This document shows positions 1 to 12,415 of a stretch of DNA of 64,000 nt, in pieces (within the stretch, counting starts at the first letter, position 1; each line of letters opens with the position of its first letter). The position numbers were made by a program, and so were the translations under genes. The notes below the pieces were generated by a model. It made no database searches. It saw only the letters and a list, made by a program, of their open reading frames with translations, and was not told where the DNA came from. This stretch comes from Eledone cirrhosa (Eukaryota). Location of the stretch: positions 35,340,001-35,404,000 of the forward strand of contig OZ024753.1 of assembly GCA_964016885.1 (NCBI GenBank), written 5' to 3'.

Positions 1-548
1 TGCAGTGGTGGTGGGGGTGGTTGCAGTGGTCGTGGTAGTTGCAGAGGTGTTGGTGATAGTGGTAGTGAGTTTTAGTGATGGTGATGGTGGTGGTGGAGAG
101 GGGGGGGGGGTTAGTTTGGTAGTGGTTGCAGTGGTGGTGGTGGAGATGGTGGTGGTGTTAATTTGGTAGTGGTTGTAGCGGTGGTGGTGTTAATTTGGTA
201 GTGGGTGCAGTGGTGGTGGTAGTATTGGTGGTGGTGGTGTTAATTTGGTAGTGGTTGTAGCGGTGGTGGTGGTGGTGTTAATTTGGTAGTGGTTGCAGTG
301 GTGGTGGTGGAGATGGTGGTGGTATTGGTGGTGGTGGTGTTAATTTGGTAGTGGTTGTAGCGGTGGTGGTGGAGATGGTGGTGATGGTGGTGGTGGTGTT
401 AACTGTGTAGTGGTTGTAGCGGTGGTGATGGAGATGGTGGTGGTGGTGGTGGTGGCGTTAATTTGGTAGTGGTTGTAGCGGTGGTGGTGGTAGTGATGGT
501 GATGATGGTGGTGGTGGTGGTGGTGGTGGTTTTGGTGGCAGTGGTGGG
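1..548. repeat. (GGT)n-derived microsatellite/minisatellite with GTTAATTTGGTAGTGGTTG(T/C)AG units
   Basis: Direct reading of the sequence. Confidence 0.95.
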
Positions 549-859
549 GTGTATATTGGTTGACAATATCTTAATAACCTGAAGATGACTAACCCAGCCC
601 TTAGGCTTCCTACTACAAAGGAATAAAGCAGGAAAAGGTATATAGGCATGGTGGAAGGAGAGGAGAGGAGGAGGGCTGTGGGTGGTGTGAGGTTGGTATG
701 GGGTGGGGTGGTGTTAGGGGGGGAGAGAACTCTGTGGCTACATAAAGAAAAGTAAGCAGAAAAAAAGCTTACTTTGTGGCAACAGTTGGTTAAGCATAAA
801 TTGTATGACTGACTGCAGTCCTTTCACCTGCCACCACCACCCAATAACCCTGTCACCTT

Positions 860-1320
860 CACCACCACATCATCACCACCACCACCATCACCACCACCAC
901 CATCGTCGCCACCATCATCACCACCACCACCATCATCACCACCACCATCGTCGTCTCCATCATCACCATCACCACTACTACCACCACCACCATCACCACC
1001 ACCATTATCATCACCTCCACCACCACCACCACCATCATTACCTTCACCGCCACCACCATCATCATTATCATCACTTCCACCACCATCACCACCACCACCA
1101 CCACCACCATTATCATCACCTCCACCACCACCACCACCACCATCATTACCTTCACCGCCGCCACCATCACCATCATCATTATCATCACTTCCACCACCAT
1201 CACCACCACCACCACCTCCATTATCATCATCACCACCACCATCACCATCACCACCACCACCATCATCACCACCACCACCATCATCATCACCACCACCATC
1301 ATCACAACTACCATCACCAA
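860..1320. repeat. (CAC/CAT)n trinucleotide microsatellite
   Basis: Direct; source of the poly-His, poly-Gly and poly-Val ORFs. Confidence 0.95.
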
Positions 1321-1521
1321 CAGGACTGCCACCAATGCCTCTTGACAGGTGTAAATAAAAAAGAAAATAATAAAACATAGAAGCACACCCGCGCACGCGC
1401 ACCTACACACACACACATATATATATACAGACGAGTCCGCTTAAGAGTATACCCTCGGGAATGGAAAATAGTATACTCTTAACCGAACTATACTCTTATC
1501 CGGACTAAGTAAAAATATTCC

Positions 1522-1559
<38 letters not shown>

Positions 1560-1562
<3 letters not shown>

Positions 1563-1653
1563 GGTGTCCCAAAAAATGCATACATACTTCAACACCATTC
1601 TAATAAATATTGTACAGGTAATCAAAGTATGTATACATTTTTTCGGGACACTG
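1560..1653. mobile_element. Tc1/mariner-type MITE (CAGGGTGTCCC...GGGACAC(CC)TG, TA flanks)
   Basis: Terminal inverted repeats flanked by TA; related copies at ~19613-19713 and ~39152-39245. Confidence 0.7.
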
Positions 1654-1699
1654 TATATAAAGGGTAAAGATCCTTTCAGTAATGAATTACTATAGTTTT

Positions 1700-1975
1700 G
1701 CACCTAGAAAGCTTCCCTCTTCCCTTCGAGGCACAAGTCTGGCCAAGGCGTTTTTATAGAAGATAAGCAGTCACCCATGAAAACCCGTCTCTCCTCTCTC
1801 CTCTGCACGTCACCGATGTTGTCCAAAGGAAAAGCAAAGACCGATATTGACATCGCAACTCATTTCTACAGCTGAGTGAACTGGAGCAACATAAAATTAA
1901 GTGTCTTGCTCAAGGACATAACTCACCACACGGTTTAGGAATCGAATTTACAACCTCATGATTGTGAATCCATCG
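1700..1975 (-). mobile_element. tRNA-derived CORE-like SINE
   Basis: Reverse complement contains GTCCTTGAGCAAGACACTT...TTGCTCCAGTTCACTCAGCTGTAGAAATGAG and a B-box-like TTCGATTCC. Confidence 0.7.
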
Positions 1976-2024
1976 CAGTGGTTTTTTGCATGTATTTGTC
2001 TCGTTTATTCTTGAAACTCACTCT

Positions 2025-2240
2025 GATGGTGGATGGGTGCTGGACATGCTCACCGACATCCAGAGTTGACATTGCACTCAGTGCTCCTTTGGGATCCCCT
2101 ACATGGACACACTAGAAGAGGAAGACCAAGGTTAACGTATGTTGATGCCCTAAGGACAGACACTGGTCTGTTGGAGACGCAGGACATGGCAGCGATAATG
2201 AGGGACAGAGACCGCTGGAGAGAACTCGTCCATGGATCTT
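2025..2240 (+). mobile_element. RTE-type LINE, C-terminal ORF fragment
   Basis: GHAHRHPE..VLLWDPLHGHTRRGRPRLTYVDAL..DTGL...MRDRDRWR matches the characteristic RTE/RTE-X C-terminal motif. Confidence 0.75.
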
Positions 2241-2359
2241 TGGAATTTTACCCGCTTTAGAATAGAATTCTTGAACTTTATATAATATACTTTGGGGCGG
2301 TCGTGCCAATTAAAAACACGCGCTAGTTGAGTTTCACTTCATTTTTATAATTAATTAAG

Positions 2360-2895
2360 TATGGATTGGCGGTATCGGTAGAGCGTCGGACACCATGCTT
2401 AGCAGCATAGATTTACTTCCCTTTATATTCTAAGTTCAAATCCCACCGAGATTGGCTTTGCCTTTCATCCTTACGAGATCGATAAAATAAAGTATTAGTA
2501 ACTCACTGTAGTCAATTTAATCGACATTCTCCTCCCAAAAAATTGTTGGCCTTGTGCCTAAATCAGAAACAGTTATTATTTAGGACAGTGGCAGAATCGT
2601 TAGAGCGTCGAACAAAAATGCTTTGTAGCATTTAGTTAAGAGATCAAATCCCACTAGATCTTTCATCCTCCAGGGTTGAAAGAATTAAAATACCAGTTAA
2701 GCACTGGAATCGATTTAATCGTTTCTCTCCCAAAAATTGTTGGCCCTGTGCCTAAATTATAAACCATTATTAGTGAGCTATGAGTTCAAATCCCACTGAG
2801 GTTAACTTTGCTTTCATCATTACGGGGTCGATAAAATAAAGTATCAGTAATACACTGAGATAATTGCTGGCCTTGTGCCAAACGTAGAAACAATT
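2360..2895 (+). mobile_element. Cluster of three tRNA-derived SINEs (family S1)
   Basis: Repeated GTTCAAATCCC...GCCTTTCATCC..GGGGTCGATAAAATAAAGTAC...GGCCTTGTGCC..AGAAAC; TSD ATTATTAGTGAGCTAT around the third copy. Confidence 0.85.
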
Positions 2896-5879
2896 ATTAG
2901 TGAGCTATATCATATATTCTATATTCTTTCATACTCATAAACATCTCGGATATTTATATGCACAAACACGTATATAAATGCATCTGCATATACGTTTGTT
3001 TGCGAATGTGAAAAATGATTTTAATGTTTGGATACATACACAGCAAAACAAACATCGCTGTGTATTTGTATGTACACACATAGACACTTTTGTACATAAC
3101 ATAAGCATAACATATCTGCAAAGGATGACCTTTATAAAATAAATAACCAGTTTTAATTTGATGTTATTCACTGAAACAACAATAACAATTCATCTAACTA
3201 TCTACAAGCTTCTGTGCTCGCTCGGTCGGTCTCCTTTTCGCTGGGGAATTCAGCCATGGTGACTCATCTTTTTGTTTTGTTGTAAACAGCTGTGAATTTC
3301 CTACACGCGGGAATTGAAACATGTTTACTGACTCACTGTTTATTTCTTGCAAACAGTTGGGAATATTGTAGATTTGGGATCCATTTTTACTCTTGAGTCA
3401 CTTTTTTACGACCAGCCGTCGTTAGTTTTCTTAGAATTTATCTATCCCTTTGATAGCAAACCACCAGAAACCTGCCATGATTCTCTGATACAATATGTCT
3501 TTGATCATATTTATCTAAAAACTTCCCATCACAATTCTATACTTCAACACCAGCTTAATATTGAGAAAGTTAGTTATATTACTAAATCCCCTCAAATACT
3601 TGATTTTCAAAATGACTTTAAAATCATAGGCTCTGTCTTTCGTTAAGGGTTCTTTATCGTAATCTTGTCCTATCACCTTTTCGATCTTGTAGACATTTGT
3701 AAAAAATTTGGTAGTTTTCGATGTTGTATTAATCTTTATTTAAACAATTTAAAAGGAGCTGATTTGTACTGCAGAACCAGGGTCGGTTAATGCTGATCCC
3801 TGTTTTCATTATTGCAAATTACTTATTGAATTTTGTAATTATTTTGTCCAAGTTGTTGTTGTTTGACCCAAGTTTAGTCCTAATTAAAGCATTCTAACCA
3901 CGATAATCCCTTTCATTTTTTATCGGGGACCACATTGTCCAATGTGTCCTTCCTTTTCTTAAGATACTAAAGGAGATTCAGCTGCTATTTCTAGCAGGTG
4001 TTTACATAGGGATTCCATATGCATAACTACAGTTTAGTACCCTCACCCTATTTTTGTATCCTCGTAGCTTTCTTAAAGTATATTTTGTAGATATACTTTA
4101 TATATACCTTAGAAGACATATATTACGGGTTTATTTATAAAATTAAAATAAAAATTGTCATTTTTCACTCAAATAAATTATCGAAAGTTTTTTTTTAATA
4201 TCGTCAAACGAAGGACTACCTTTAATTTTATTTTATTTATTTATTTTTGTGTAAATAAATAGCTGTTATGAAATGTTAAAATACTGATAATTATTATTCT
4301 AAGGCAAATATATGGTTTATTTTTCTGCATCAATCTTTCATAACTAATAAATATATATAATATATAGTCATGGCCATAATAAACTCAATTGATCTCGTTT
4401 GGCAGGATCATTTGGTGACAGTTGCTTCTGGTAAGACTTTCTGGATTCCAGAGAGTCTTATTAGAAGCAACTGTCACCAACTTTTCGGACCTCACGGACC
4501 ACTAAATTCATGATTTTAAATCCTGCCGATCATTAATATGAATTTTAAAAAAAAGACAAATACATTTGTAAATTAATGATCAGAGAACTTCCATTTTATT
4601 AAACAATATTGAAGCGTACATATTGTCATATTGTCGATAGATGATACATATGAGTAAAATTATTTCATGGGTATTAGTTCTTTATTGTGGAGAAACATTT
4701 TTTAAGGATGTTATAAAATATATTTCAACCGAATATTATTTTTGTTTTATTATTAATAAAACATAAAAATTGCAAATAATGTCCAAATTTTTCTGCGGAT
4801 CATCAAAATTTTCTCTCGGACTACAGGATGGCGACTGCTACTCTGGAAGGTATGGTTGAGGACTCTGCCCTCACGACTCTTCCAGGAATTGATTGGCAAA
4901 GACGATACTCATACATAGCCATATCTCAGTTAGTGTCGTTTGGAGATCCAGCTGGATTATTTGGTGACAGTTGCTTCTGATAAGACTCTCTGGAAAGCAT
5001 GCCTGAGGACCCTGTCCTCACGACTCTCTTGGGAATTGGTTGACAAAGAAGATACTTATATATAAATCGCACCAGAAGGTATGTTACACTGCTTTGACAT
5101 ATATATAGAAGCCAAATGTTATTTTTTCATTGAATATGTTTGCAACTTTGCTTGTGGTTATTTATGTAAATATTTAAAACATATTGGTAATGTTATATAT
5201 GTATATATTTAAAACATTTGTAATGTTATTTAAACAGTAAAGTAGACAGGAATGCTGAAATATCCCAGCTATTGCCAAGCAATATGCTTAGGGTCAATTT
5301 TTATTATTAATTCCGTCTCCAAGAAAATAACCAATTATGGAATAATTCTCAGATGGAAGAACCACAGAAAACGTGGAATTTATGACCATTTTTTATGGCC
5401 ATATTCTTTCAAAATATTAAAAATCGTAAAGAAATTCATAACTTTCACCTTCGAAATTCTAAGCAAACCTATCAACTTAAAATTAAGAATTCTTTTTCTA
5501 TTACACACGTCTTCGAGACATAATTAAAAAATCACCTTTAAAAAAAGATGCTGAAATAATCTTAATTGTTTCTACTTTTGGCACAAGGCCAGCAATTACC
5601 TAGTGTATTACTGGTACTTTATTTTATCGACTCCGTAAGGATGAAAGATGCTGAAATAATCTTAATTGTTTCTACTTTTTGGCACAAGGCCAGCACTTAC
5701 TCAGTGTATTACTGGTACTTTATTTTATCGACCCCGTAAGGATGAAAGATGCTGAAATAATCTTAATGATTGCCAATAACATCTAGCAAAATCACAGAAC
5801 AATAGAACTAAAATCTTGCAAATTTAATTTGTTTCTGTTCTTTCTCATTCTCTATCTTTCTGTTCTTTCTCATTCTATC

Positions 5880-6001
5880 GTCTGTTAAAGGACTAGTGTG
5901 TGAAACAAAGACTCTTTTCCTACTATATCAAGTGTTGAACTAATATAGCTCTTCATTGTACTGTATTGTTTACTTTGTTGTTTCCGTTTACGTTTTTGTA
6001 C
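5880..6001 (+). mobile_element. Degenerate PLE-like tail, family F
   Basis: Similar to 32920-33032 (GGACTAGTG..GAAAC...AACTAATATA). Confidence 0.55.
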
Positions 6002-6114
6002 TTAAATATAGTCTAGAACAAGATATTGACTCGTTCGTATAACCATACTCTACTACCCCAAGTTTCTAGTACTCTGATGAGTAATGGTCTTTCCAGTTTC
6101 AAACTGAATCCATC

Positions 6115-6161
<47 letters not shown>

Positions 6162-6164
<3 letters not shown>

Positions 6165-6525
6165 AAAGTTCTATTTAAATTGTTGGGATACAACATGCAA
6201 ATATTTTTATAACTGATATAAAGCACTCGACAAGTATTTGGAGTAGATATACGATATTAATAAATGGAAACTATATTTATAAAACCATATTTATTTCATT
6301 ATACATATTTCAGGGATACCAAATTAAATTATGGTATGCCTTCATCAGATGGCCTCCAAAAATAATGGTCGCATTTTAAAAGGGTACGTCAAAGCTTATT
6401 TGTAAAACTGTTATATATTGTATTTTGTCTGATGAAGGCATACCATAATTTAATTTGGTATCCCTGAAATATGTATAATGAAATAAATATGGTTTTATAA
6501 ATATAGTTTTCATTTATTAATATCG

Positions 6526-6530
<5 letters not shown>
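6162..6530. mobile_element. PLE-like head-to-head insertion in (TA)n, family G
   Basis: Inverted arms 6247-6349 and 6428-6530, an extra tail at 6162-6246, (TA)n on both sides, HHR core in each arm. Confidence 0.8.
6421..6485 (+). ncRNA. Minimal type I hammerhead ribozyme
   Basis: UAUUUUGU-CUGAUGA-AGGCAUACCA/UGGUAUCCCU-GAAA-U(AUGU)A-UA-AUGAAAUA. Confidence 0.8.
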
Positions 6531-6558
<28 letters not shown>

Positions 6559-6561
6559 TAT

Positions 6562-6740
6562 ATAGTAATAATAATAAATGTGAAGACTAAAATCCAAAGA
6601 GGACTCGATAAAGATAAATATATATCAAATATATAAGAACCGTAGAGCAAATATTTATTAAAATAACATCTTCTGAAAGATCCCGTTAAGGGTGAAAGCA
6701 CCCATTCTTTGCTTAAACTTTAATCTGTTATTTTAATATA
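6562..6740. mobile_element. PLE-like tail with inversion, family B
   Basis: Inverted distal tail followed by CTGAAAGATCCCGTTAAGGGTGAAAGC; other copies at 29671-29787, 33935-34093 and 51535-51685. Confidence 0.7.
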
Positions 6741-6893
6741 ATAAGATGCTGAGGTTACATATATCGTTTAATCTCTATAATTATTTCCACGGTTCTCCAT
6801 GCAATCGAGATGCCTTCATGCATTTGCTGTTGTTATGAGAACAGTATCCTCAGATGATATCCGATATCTTTGATATTGCTTGTGTGCCCAGCA

Positions 6894-6941
<48 letters not shown>

Positions 6942-7034
6942 TGTTTTTCCTCTTCATTTTTGGGGGGTTTTTTGTGTGTCTTTACTGGACTTCCTTTCTG
7001 TTTCTCCATTGAGATCTTGTCTCTATGTTGTACT

Positions 7035-7341
7035 CCTGAAGAAGAAGGGTTTAAGCCCGACACGTCGAACTTACTTTCCTCTTTCCAATATAAAGCATGA
7101 AACTAATAAGACTTTTTGTACCTCTGTTTGTTGTTTCTCCTGCTATTTCAAGCGTTAAACTAATATATTCCTTCCATACACTGTACCGATTGTGTTATTT
7201 CTGTTTACCTTCTGAGTTAAAATCCCGCCGAGGTTAACTTTGCCTTTCATCCTTACGGGGTCGATAAAATAAAGTACCAGTAATGCACTGGGTTTATTGC
7301 TGGCCTTGTGCCAAAAGTAGAAACAGTTGTTTCTGTTTACC

Positions 7342-7346
<5 letters not shown>
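7035..7346 (+). mobile_element. PLE-like tail (family F-related) interrupted by an S1 SINE at ~7212-7328
   Basis: Degenerate CTGAAGAAG..GGG/CCC-GACACGTC, AAGCGTTAAACTAATATA; SINE TSD TT(A/G)TTTCTGTTTACCTT. Confidence 0.55.
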
Positions 7347-7393
<47 letters not shown>

Positions 7394-7666
7394 CATCATT
7401 ATCGTCGTTTAACTTCTATCTTCCACGCTAGCATGGGTTAGACGAGGAATTGTCCCACCTGATGCAAGATTGGTCGGGTGACCGTGTCTCGCTCGTATAG
7501 GACTGTATCTGGCAGGTTTTCTACGGTTGGATGCCCTTCCTAACACCAACCACATTACAGTGTGGACTGGGAGCCTTTTTACCGTGTTTCCTACACAACC
7601 ACATTACAGCGTGGACTGTTTTTTTCTTTTTTTCTTTTTTTTTTGTCGTGAAACCTACAATATATA

Positions 7667-7697
<31 letters not shown>

Positions 7698-8512
7698 GCT
7701 AAAATTACATGTAAGAAGGTGGTTGAAGAGGTTTAGAAATGCAAAGGGTTGTTCATCTTATGTCACTGTTTTTGGCTGATACTATATATATATGTGTAGT
7801 GTATGTTAGTGTTTAGAAAAGATACTGTGGGCAATAACATGAAATACAATTGCATATAACTGCCCCAACCCACACCAAAAATGAAGCCATTTAACAGACT
7901 AGGAAAGACCATTCACCAACACACTACAACCACTGGCTCACCGATATATTATTCTCTTCAGTCTGTTTGTTTTTACCACTACAATTGCAGTCCACTCACT
8001 TCCTCTGCACTACTAGCGAGCTGCATACAACCTCTAACTGCATCCAACCTAATGCACCTGTCTCTTCTTGGCCATCCCTATTGTATCTCACACACAAACA
8101 TCCTGCACTAAATAATACCTTGGACCTTATTCAATCATTCCTTTTCAGAGATATAGTCTCCTGGAATTTCCTGCCCATCCACATTTGTTTTTCCCTTGCA
8201 CATATATATCGATCAACAGAAATACAAATAAAATATTGATTGTATTGATCTCAGCAGTCTGGGAGAGACTACAATGGAGAGAGCTTGGGTGCAGTTCCTT
8301 TCCTTTTTATTCTTCTTTACCATCATCGTTTTTATATTTACTTCTCCATGTTAGCATTGGTTGGACAATATGAAGATGGATGCAGTAAAATGAAACACAT
8401 GCATATCTTTCTTCTTTTCTTTTTTTCTTCCTTATTATTATTCCCACACCCCTGTTTTTTTTCTTCTTTTTGTTTTTCAGTACTGCACATATTTCTCCCT
8501 TTTGTGATGTTA

Positions 8513-8933
8513 TTAACCCTTTAGTATTTAAACTGGCCATATCCAGCCAAAATTATCTCACCTCTCTCTGTTCAAATTGGCTGTAACTGGCCACTCATAC
8601 TTATGTTAAATCAAATAATATCAACATCTCATAGATTCGATATTATGTTAGAAAATTATGTGAGATAAAGCCTTTACCGTGAAAATATAGTAAATATAGA
8701 GTATTGTAAATGCTAAAGAGTTAAACCAGCCATATCCAGCCAGAATTCTCACACCTCTCTCTGTTCAAATTGGCTGTAACTGGCCACTCATACTTATGTT
8801 AAGGTATTGTTCTCAAAATGAATAATATCAAAATCTCATAGATTCACTATTATGTGAGATATGATTTGATATAAAGCCTTTACCACGAAAATACAATAGT
8901 AAATATAGAGTAATGTAAATACTAAAGGGTTAA
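8513..8933. mobile_element. Tandem dimer of a TTAA-flanked (piggyBac-type) MITE
   Basis: TTAA-CCCTTTAGTATT...AATACTAAAGGG-TTAA; copies at ~17820-18028, 20542-20941 and 54192-54424. Confidence 0.75.
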
Positions 8934-9222
8934 ACGGTATGAATAAATAGAAGGAAAGGTTTTTATGTACCAAATTCACTCATGAGGCACTGGTCGGTCA
9001 GTGGCTGCAGTAGAGCCTGACGAAACCACCTTGTTGTGAAACAAACGTTTTAGCTACAATCAAATATTTATTTTCATTGATCTGGAAGAGATTAGAAAGG
9101 CCATGGGTACATTTCCTACTTCTATGTTATGTACATATGAACCCATAAATCCTAGTGGAGTTATAGTGGCACTGAAGTAACATATGCTGTTTCTCAGACA
9201 TTTTAAACCTGCCATTCCCCTC

Positions 9223-9259
<37 letters not shown>

Positions 9260-9420
9260 CTTTATGATGGCTAAGTAAGGAGTCTTGTTACTCTGGAGTT
9301 TCACCTGTGTACTCACACGATCATCAAGCTGAGGAGTCAGCATCTTGCTTATGTTCTATTGAGTGTACAGAGGTTGTCAAATTGAAAGGGTTCTCCAACC
9401 CCTTGATATACATAGATATA

Positions 9421-9614
9421 TAGAAAAGTAGTAACACAACAGTTAGTTCACCATACCGAGAACAAATGATTCTCAGTCCGAGCTGAAAATCTGCAAGGTG
9501 AAACATTTGTTCTCGGTATGGTGAAGTAACTGTTGTGTAACTACTTCTACTAAACTCATCCCATGGACTAAGTGCTCTACTACTACGGATATTACCCTCC
9601 ACTGTTCTACCTTT
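9421..9614. mobile_element. PLE-like inverted insertion with HHR remnant (9478-9516), family J
   Basis: Arms 9421-9468 and 9504-9550; CCGAG-CUGAAAA-..-GAAA-CA(UU)UG-UU-CUCGG; tail runs into (TA)n. Confidence 0.65.
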
Positions 9615-9643
9615 ATATATATATGTGTGTGTGTGTGTATATT

Positions 9644-9731
<88 letters not shown>

Positions 9732-9734
<3 letters not shown>

Positions 9735-9959
9735 CTCCAGTTTACTCAGCTGGAGAAATGAGATGATAGGGACTGGGGTTCATATCATTCCACTGCAAGT
9801 GGTCATGGAGGTGCCACGGCAAAAAAAGCACGCAGCACTCACTGTAAATGAGGTTGGTGTTAGGAAGGGCATCCAGCTGTAGAAATCAAGCCAGAATCAG
9901 TTCCCGTCCCACCCTTGCAAGCAGGGAAAAGCGGACGTAAAATGAAATGATGATGATGA

Positions 9960-9965
<6 letters not shown>
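9732..9965 (+). mobile_element. 5'-truncated CORE-like SINE with RTE-type (GAT)n tail
   Basis: Ends GGACGTAAAATG..(ATG)n; near-identical to 10122-10400 in reverse orientation. Confidence 0.8.
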
Positions 9966-10011
<46 letters not shown>

Positions 10012-10121
10012 GTGGATTCCTGGTGGGTATTGGTAGCTGACCACAGTTAAAAAAGGTAATCAATATGAATGAAACAGTTCTAGTCCATTAGAAGTCGCTT
10101 CTATATATATGATATAATATA

Positions 10122-10516
10122 TCATCATCATCATCATCATCATTTTACGTCCGCTTTTCCCTTCTTGCAAGGGTGGTACGGGAACTGATTCTGGCTTGAT
10201 TTCTACAGCTGGATGCCCTTCTTAACACCAACCTCATTTACAGTGAGTGCTGCGTGCTTTTTTTCCGTGGCGCCTACACGTCCACTTTACAGTGTGGGCT
10301 GGGTGCTTTTTTTTGCCGTGGCACCTCCACAACCACTTTGCAGTGGAATGATAGGGACCCCAGTCCTATCATCTCATTTCTACAGCTGAGTAAACTTGAG
10401 CAATGTGATATAAAGTGTCTTGCTCAAGAACACAATGCATCACCCGGTCTGAAAATTGAACTCACAACCTTTCGATTGCAAGCCCAATGCTCTAACCACT
10501 AAGCCATGTGCCTCCA
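10122..10516 (-). mobile_element. Full-length CORE-like SINE with tRNA head and (GAT)n tail
   Basis: Reverse complement reads GGAGGCACATGGCTTAGTGGTTAGAGC...GTTCAATT...GTGTTCTTGAGCAAGACACTT. Confidence 0.85.
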
Positions 10517-11136
10517 TATATATATATATATTCTTCACTTATACTCACAACTATCCCACATTTGTATATATATATATATATGTATGTGTGTGTATGAGTG
10601 TTTTTTCTATCTTAGAGAAACTGTAAAATAGCTTGTTGTATGTATATGTGTTTGTATGTATGTATGACTGTCTATGTTTACATCTATGTTTACATTCTAG
10701 TCTACATTTACATTTACACCACTTAACCCTTAATGTCCTGTACCACATGAAACCACATTAGTGAGACTCTCTTTCAAAATACAAAACAGCATTATGACTG
10801 CAACATATTCAAAATTAAAGTCTTATCTTTAGTTTACGGCAAATGTTCACAACAAACTGTTTATGATAGACATTTGAATTATCAAATAAGTATTTAGATA
10901 TTTTCTGCTAAATCATTACAGGGTTTTAATAGTTACAGTGAGTCAAAACTCACTTTACCATTCACAGTTCTAACAAGAATTTTACTCTGATCGTCCAACC
11001 ATTGCAATGTAAGTAAAAGATGTATGAATCGCAGTAGTTTTAGCAAAATATTTCATCTTATCAAATCAACATTCTAACCTATTGATTTCAACATCATCAA
11101 TCATATGGTAAAATGTGTTGGCTCCGTCTTTGCACG

Positions 11137-11182
<46 letters not shown>

Positions 11183-11208
11183 CTCTCTCACATGCACACA
11201 CACACACA

Positions 11209-11243
<35 letters not shown>

Positions 11244-11730
11244 TCTCTCTCTCTCACATGCACACACACACACACACACACACACTCTCTCTCTCTCTCA
11301 CATGCACACACACACTCTCTCTCACATGCACACACACACACTCTCTCTCTCTCTCACATGCACACACACACACTCTCTCTCTCTCACATGCACACACACT
11401 CTCTCTCTCTCTCTCTCTCTCTCTCACATGCACACACACACTCTCTCTCTCTCTCTCTCTCACATGCACACACACACACACTCTCTCTCTCTCTTTCACA
11501 TGCACACACACACTCTCTCTCTCTCACATGCACACACACTCTCTCTCACACATATGCGCACACACATACTCTCTCTCTCACAGATGCACACACACACACT
11601 CTCTCTCTCTCTCTCTCACATGCACACACACACTCTCTCTCACACATATGCACACACACTCTCTCTCTCTTACACATTCACACACACACACTCTCTCTCT
11701 CTCACACATGCACACACTCACTCACACACA
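11137..11730. repeat. Compound (CA)n(CT)n-CACATG minisatellite
   Basis: Direct reading of the sequence. Confidence 0.95.
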
Positions 11731-12054
11731 AACATATTCAAACAAATAAATACATAATATATACATCAACAACATCATGGTCATCATTTAATGTCTACCT
11801 TCCTTAATAGAAAGGGTTGGACGGGTCATGACAGACCGAGTCAGGATTGCAGTATGTTTACTGAACTCCCAAACAGGCTGCAAGTCCACATCTTGCTAAC
11901 AGTTTTTACCCCTACCAATAGTTCTGCTGGTCCACCCGGGGTCACAGCATCTGACAAACAAACCAAGGCGCTGTCCGTGGAATAAAAGTCGAGATAGAAC
12001 AATAACTTATAAGAGTTAAGCCATAACAAGTACATAGAGTTTTATGTGATGACT

Positions 12055-12142
12055 GTATATGGGCTTTCCTGATAATTGATTTCTTTTGACTGAAACAGTT
12101 CTAGTCCCATAGAAGCCATTTCTATATTAAACTTGATGCATA

Positions 12143-12193
<51 letters not shown>

Positions 12194-12366
12194 CATACAC
12201 ACACACACACACATAAAATTTAATATAGAAATAGCTTCTACAGGATGATTTCCTTCGAATGAAACAGTCCTGTAAAAGTCATTTCTATATTAAATTTGTA
12301 TATACTCATCTAATGTATTGATTACCTTACTTACTGTGGCTTCCTCCGATTGAACCCAGGATTCAT

Positions 12367-12370
<4 letters not shown>
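12055..12370. mobile_element. Two degenerate PLE-like tails, family C (the second with a short inverted arm)
   Basis: GAAACAGTTCTAGTCC..TAGAA and TACCTTACTTACTGTGG..CCTCCGATT are shared with 24750-25140. Confidence 0.65.

Positions 12371-12415
<45 letters not shown>

Noticed and set aside
773-827. Possible minus-strand exon (CAG|GTGAAAGG...CACAAA|GTAAG, VKGLQSVIQFMLNQLLPQ)
   Set aside because: No polypyrimidine tract, no recognisable protein and no partner exons.
805-1416. Long poly-His/Gly/Val ORFs (also 11105-11807, 14402-15340, 39430-39915, 40634-41150, 52661-53286, 61906-62384)
   Set aside because: Open in several frames only because they are translations of micro- or minisatellites.
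3200-3720. Protein-like stretch on the minus strand (IEKVIGQDYDKEPLTKDRAYDF)
   Set aside because: Interrupted by stops with no recognisable motif; possibly an old TE relic.
10440-10516. tRNA-like sequences (also 31720, 38933, 40352 and the S1 heads)
   Set aside because: They are SINE heads with A/B boxes that run into SINE bodies, with no complete cloverleaf.
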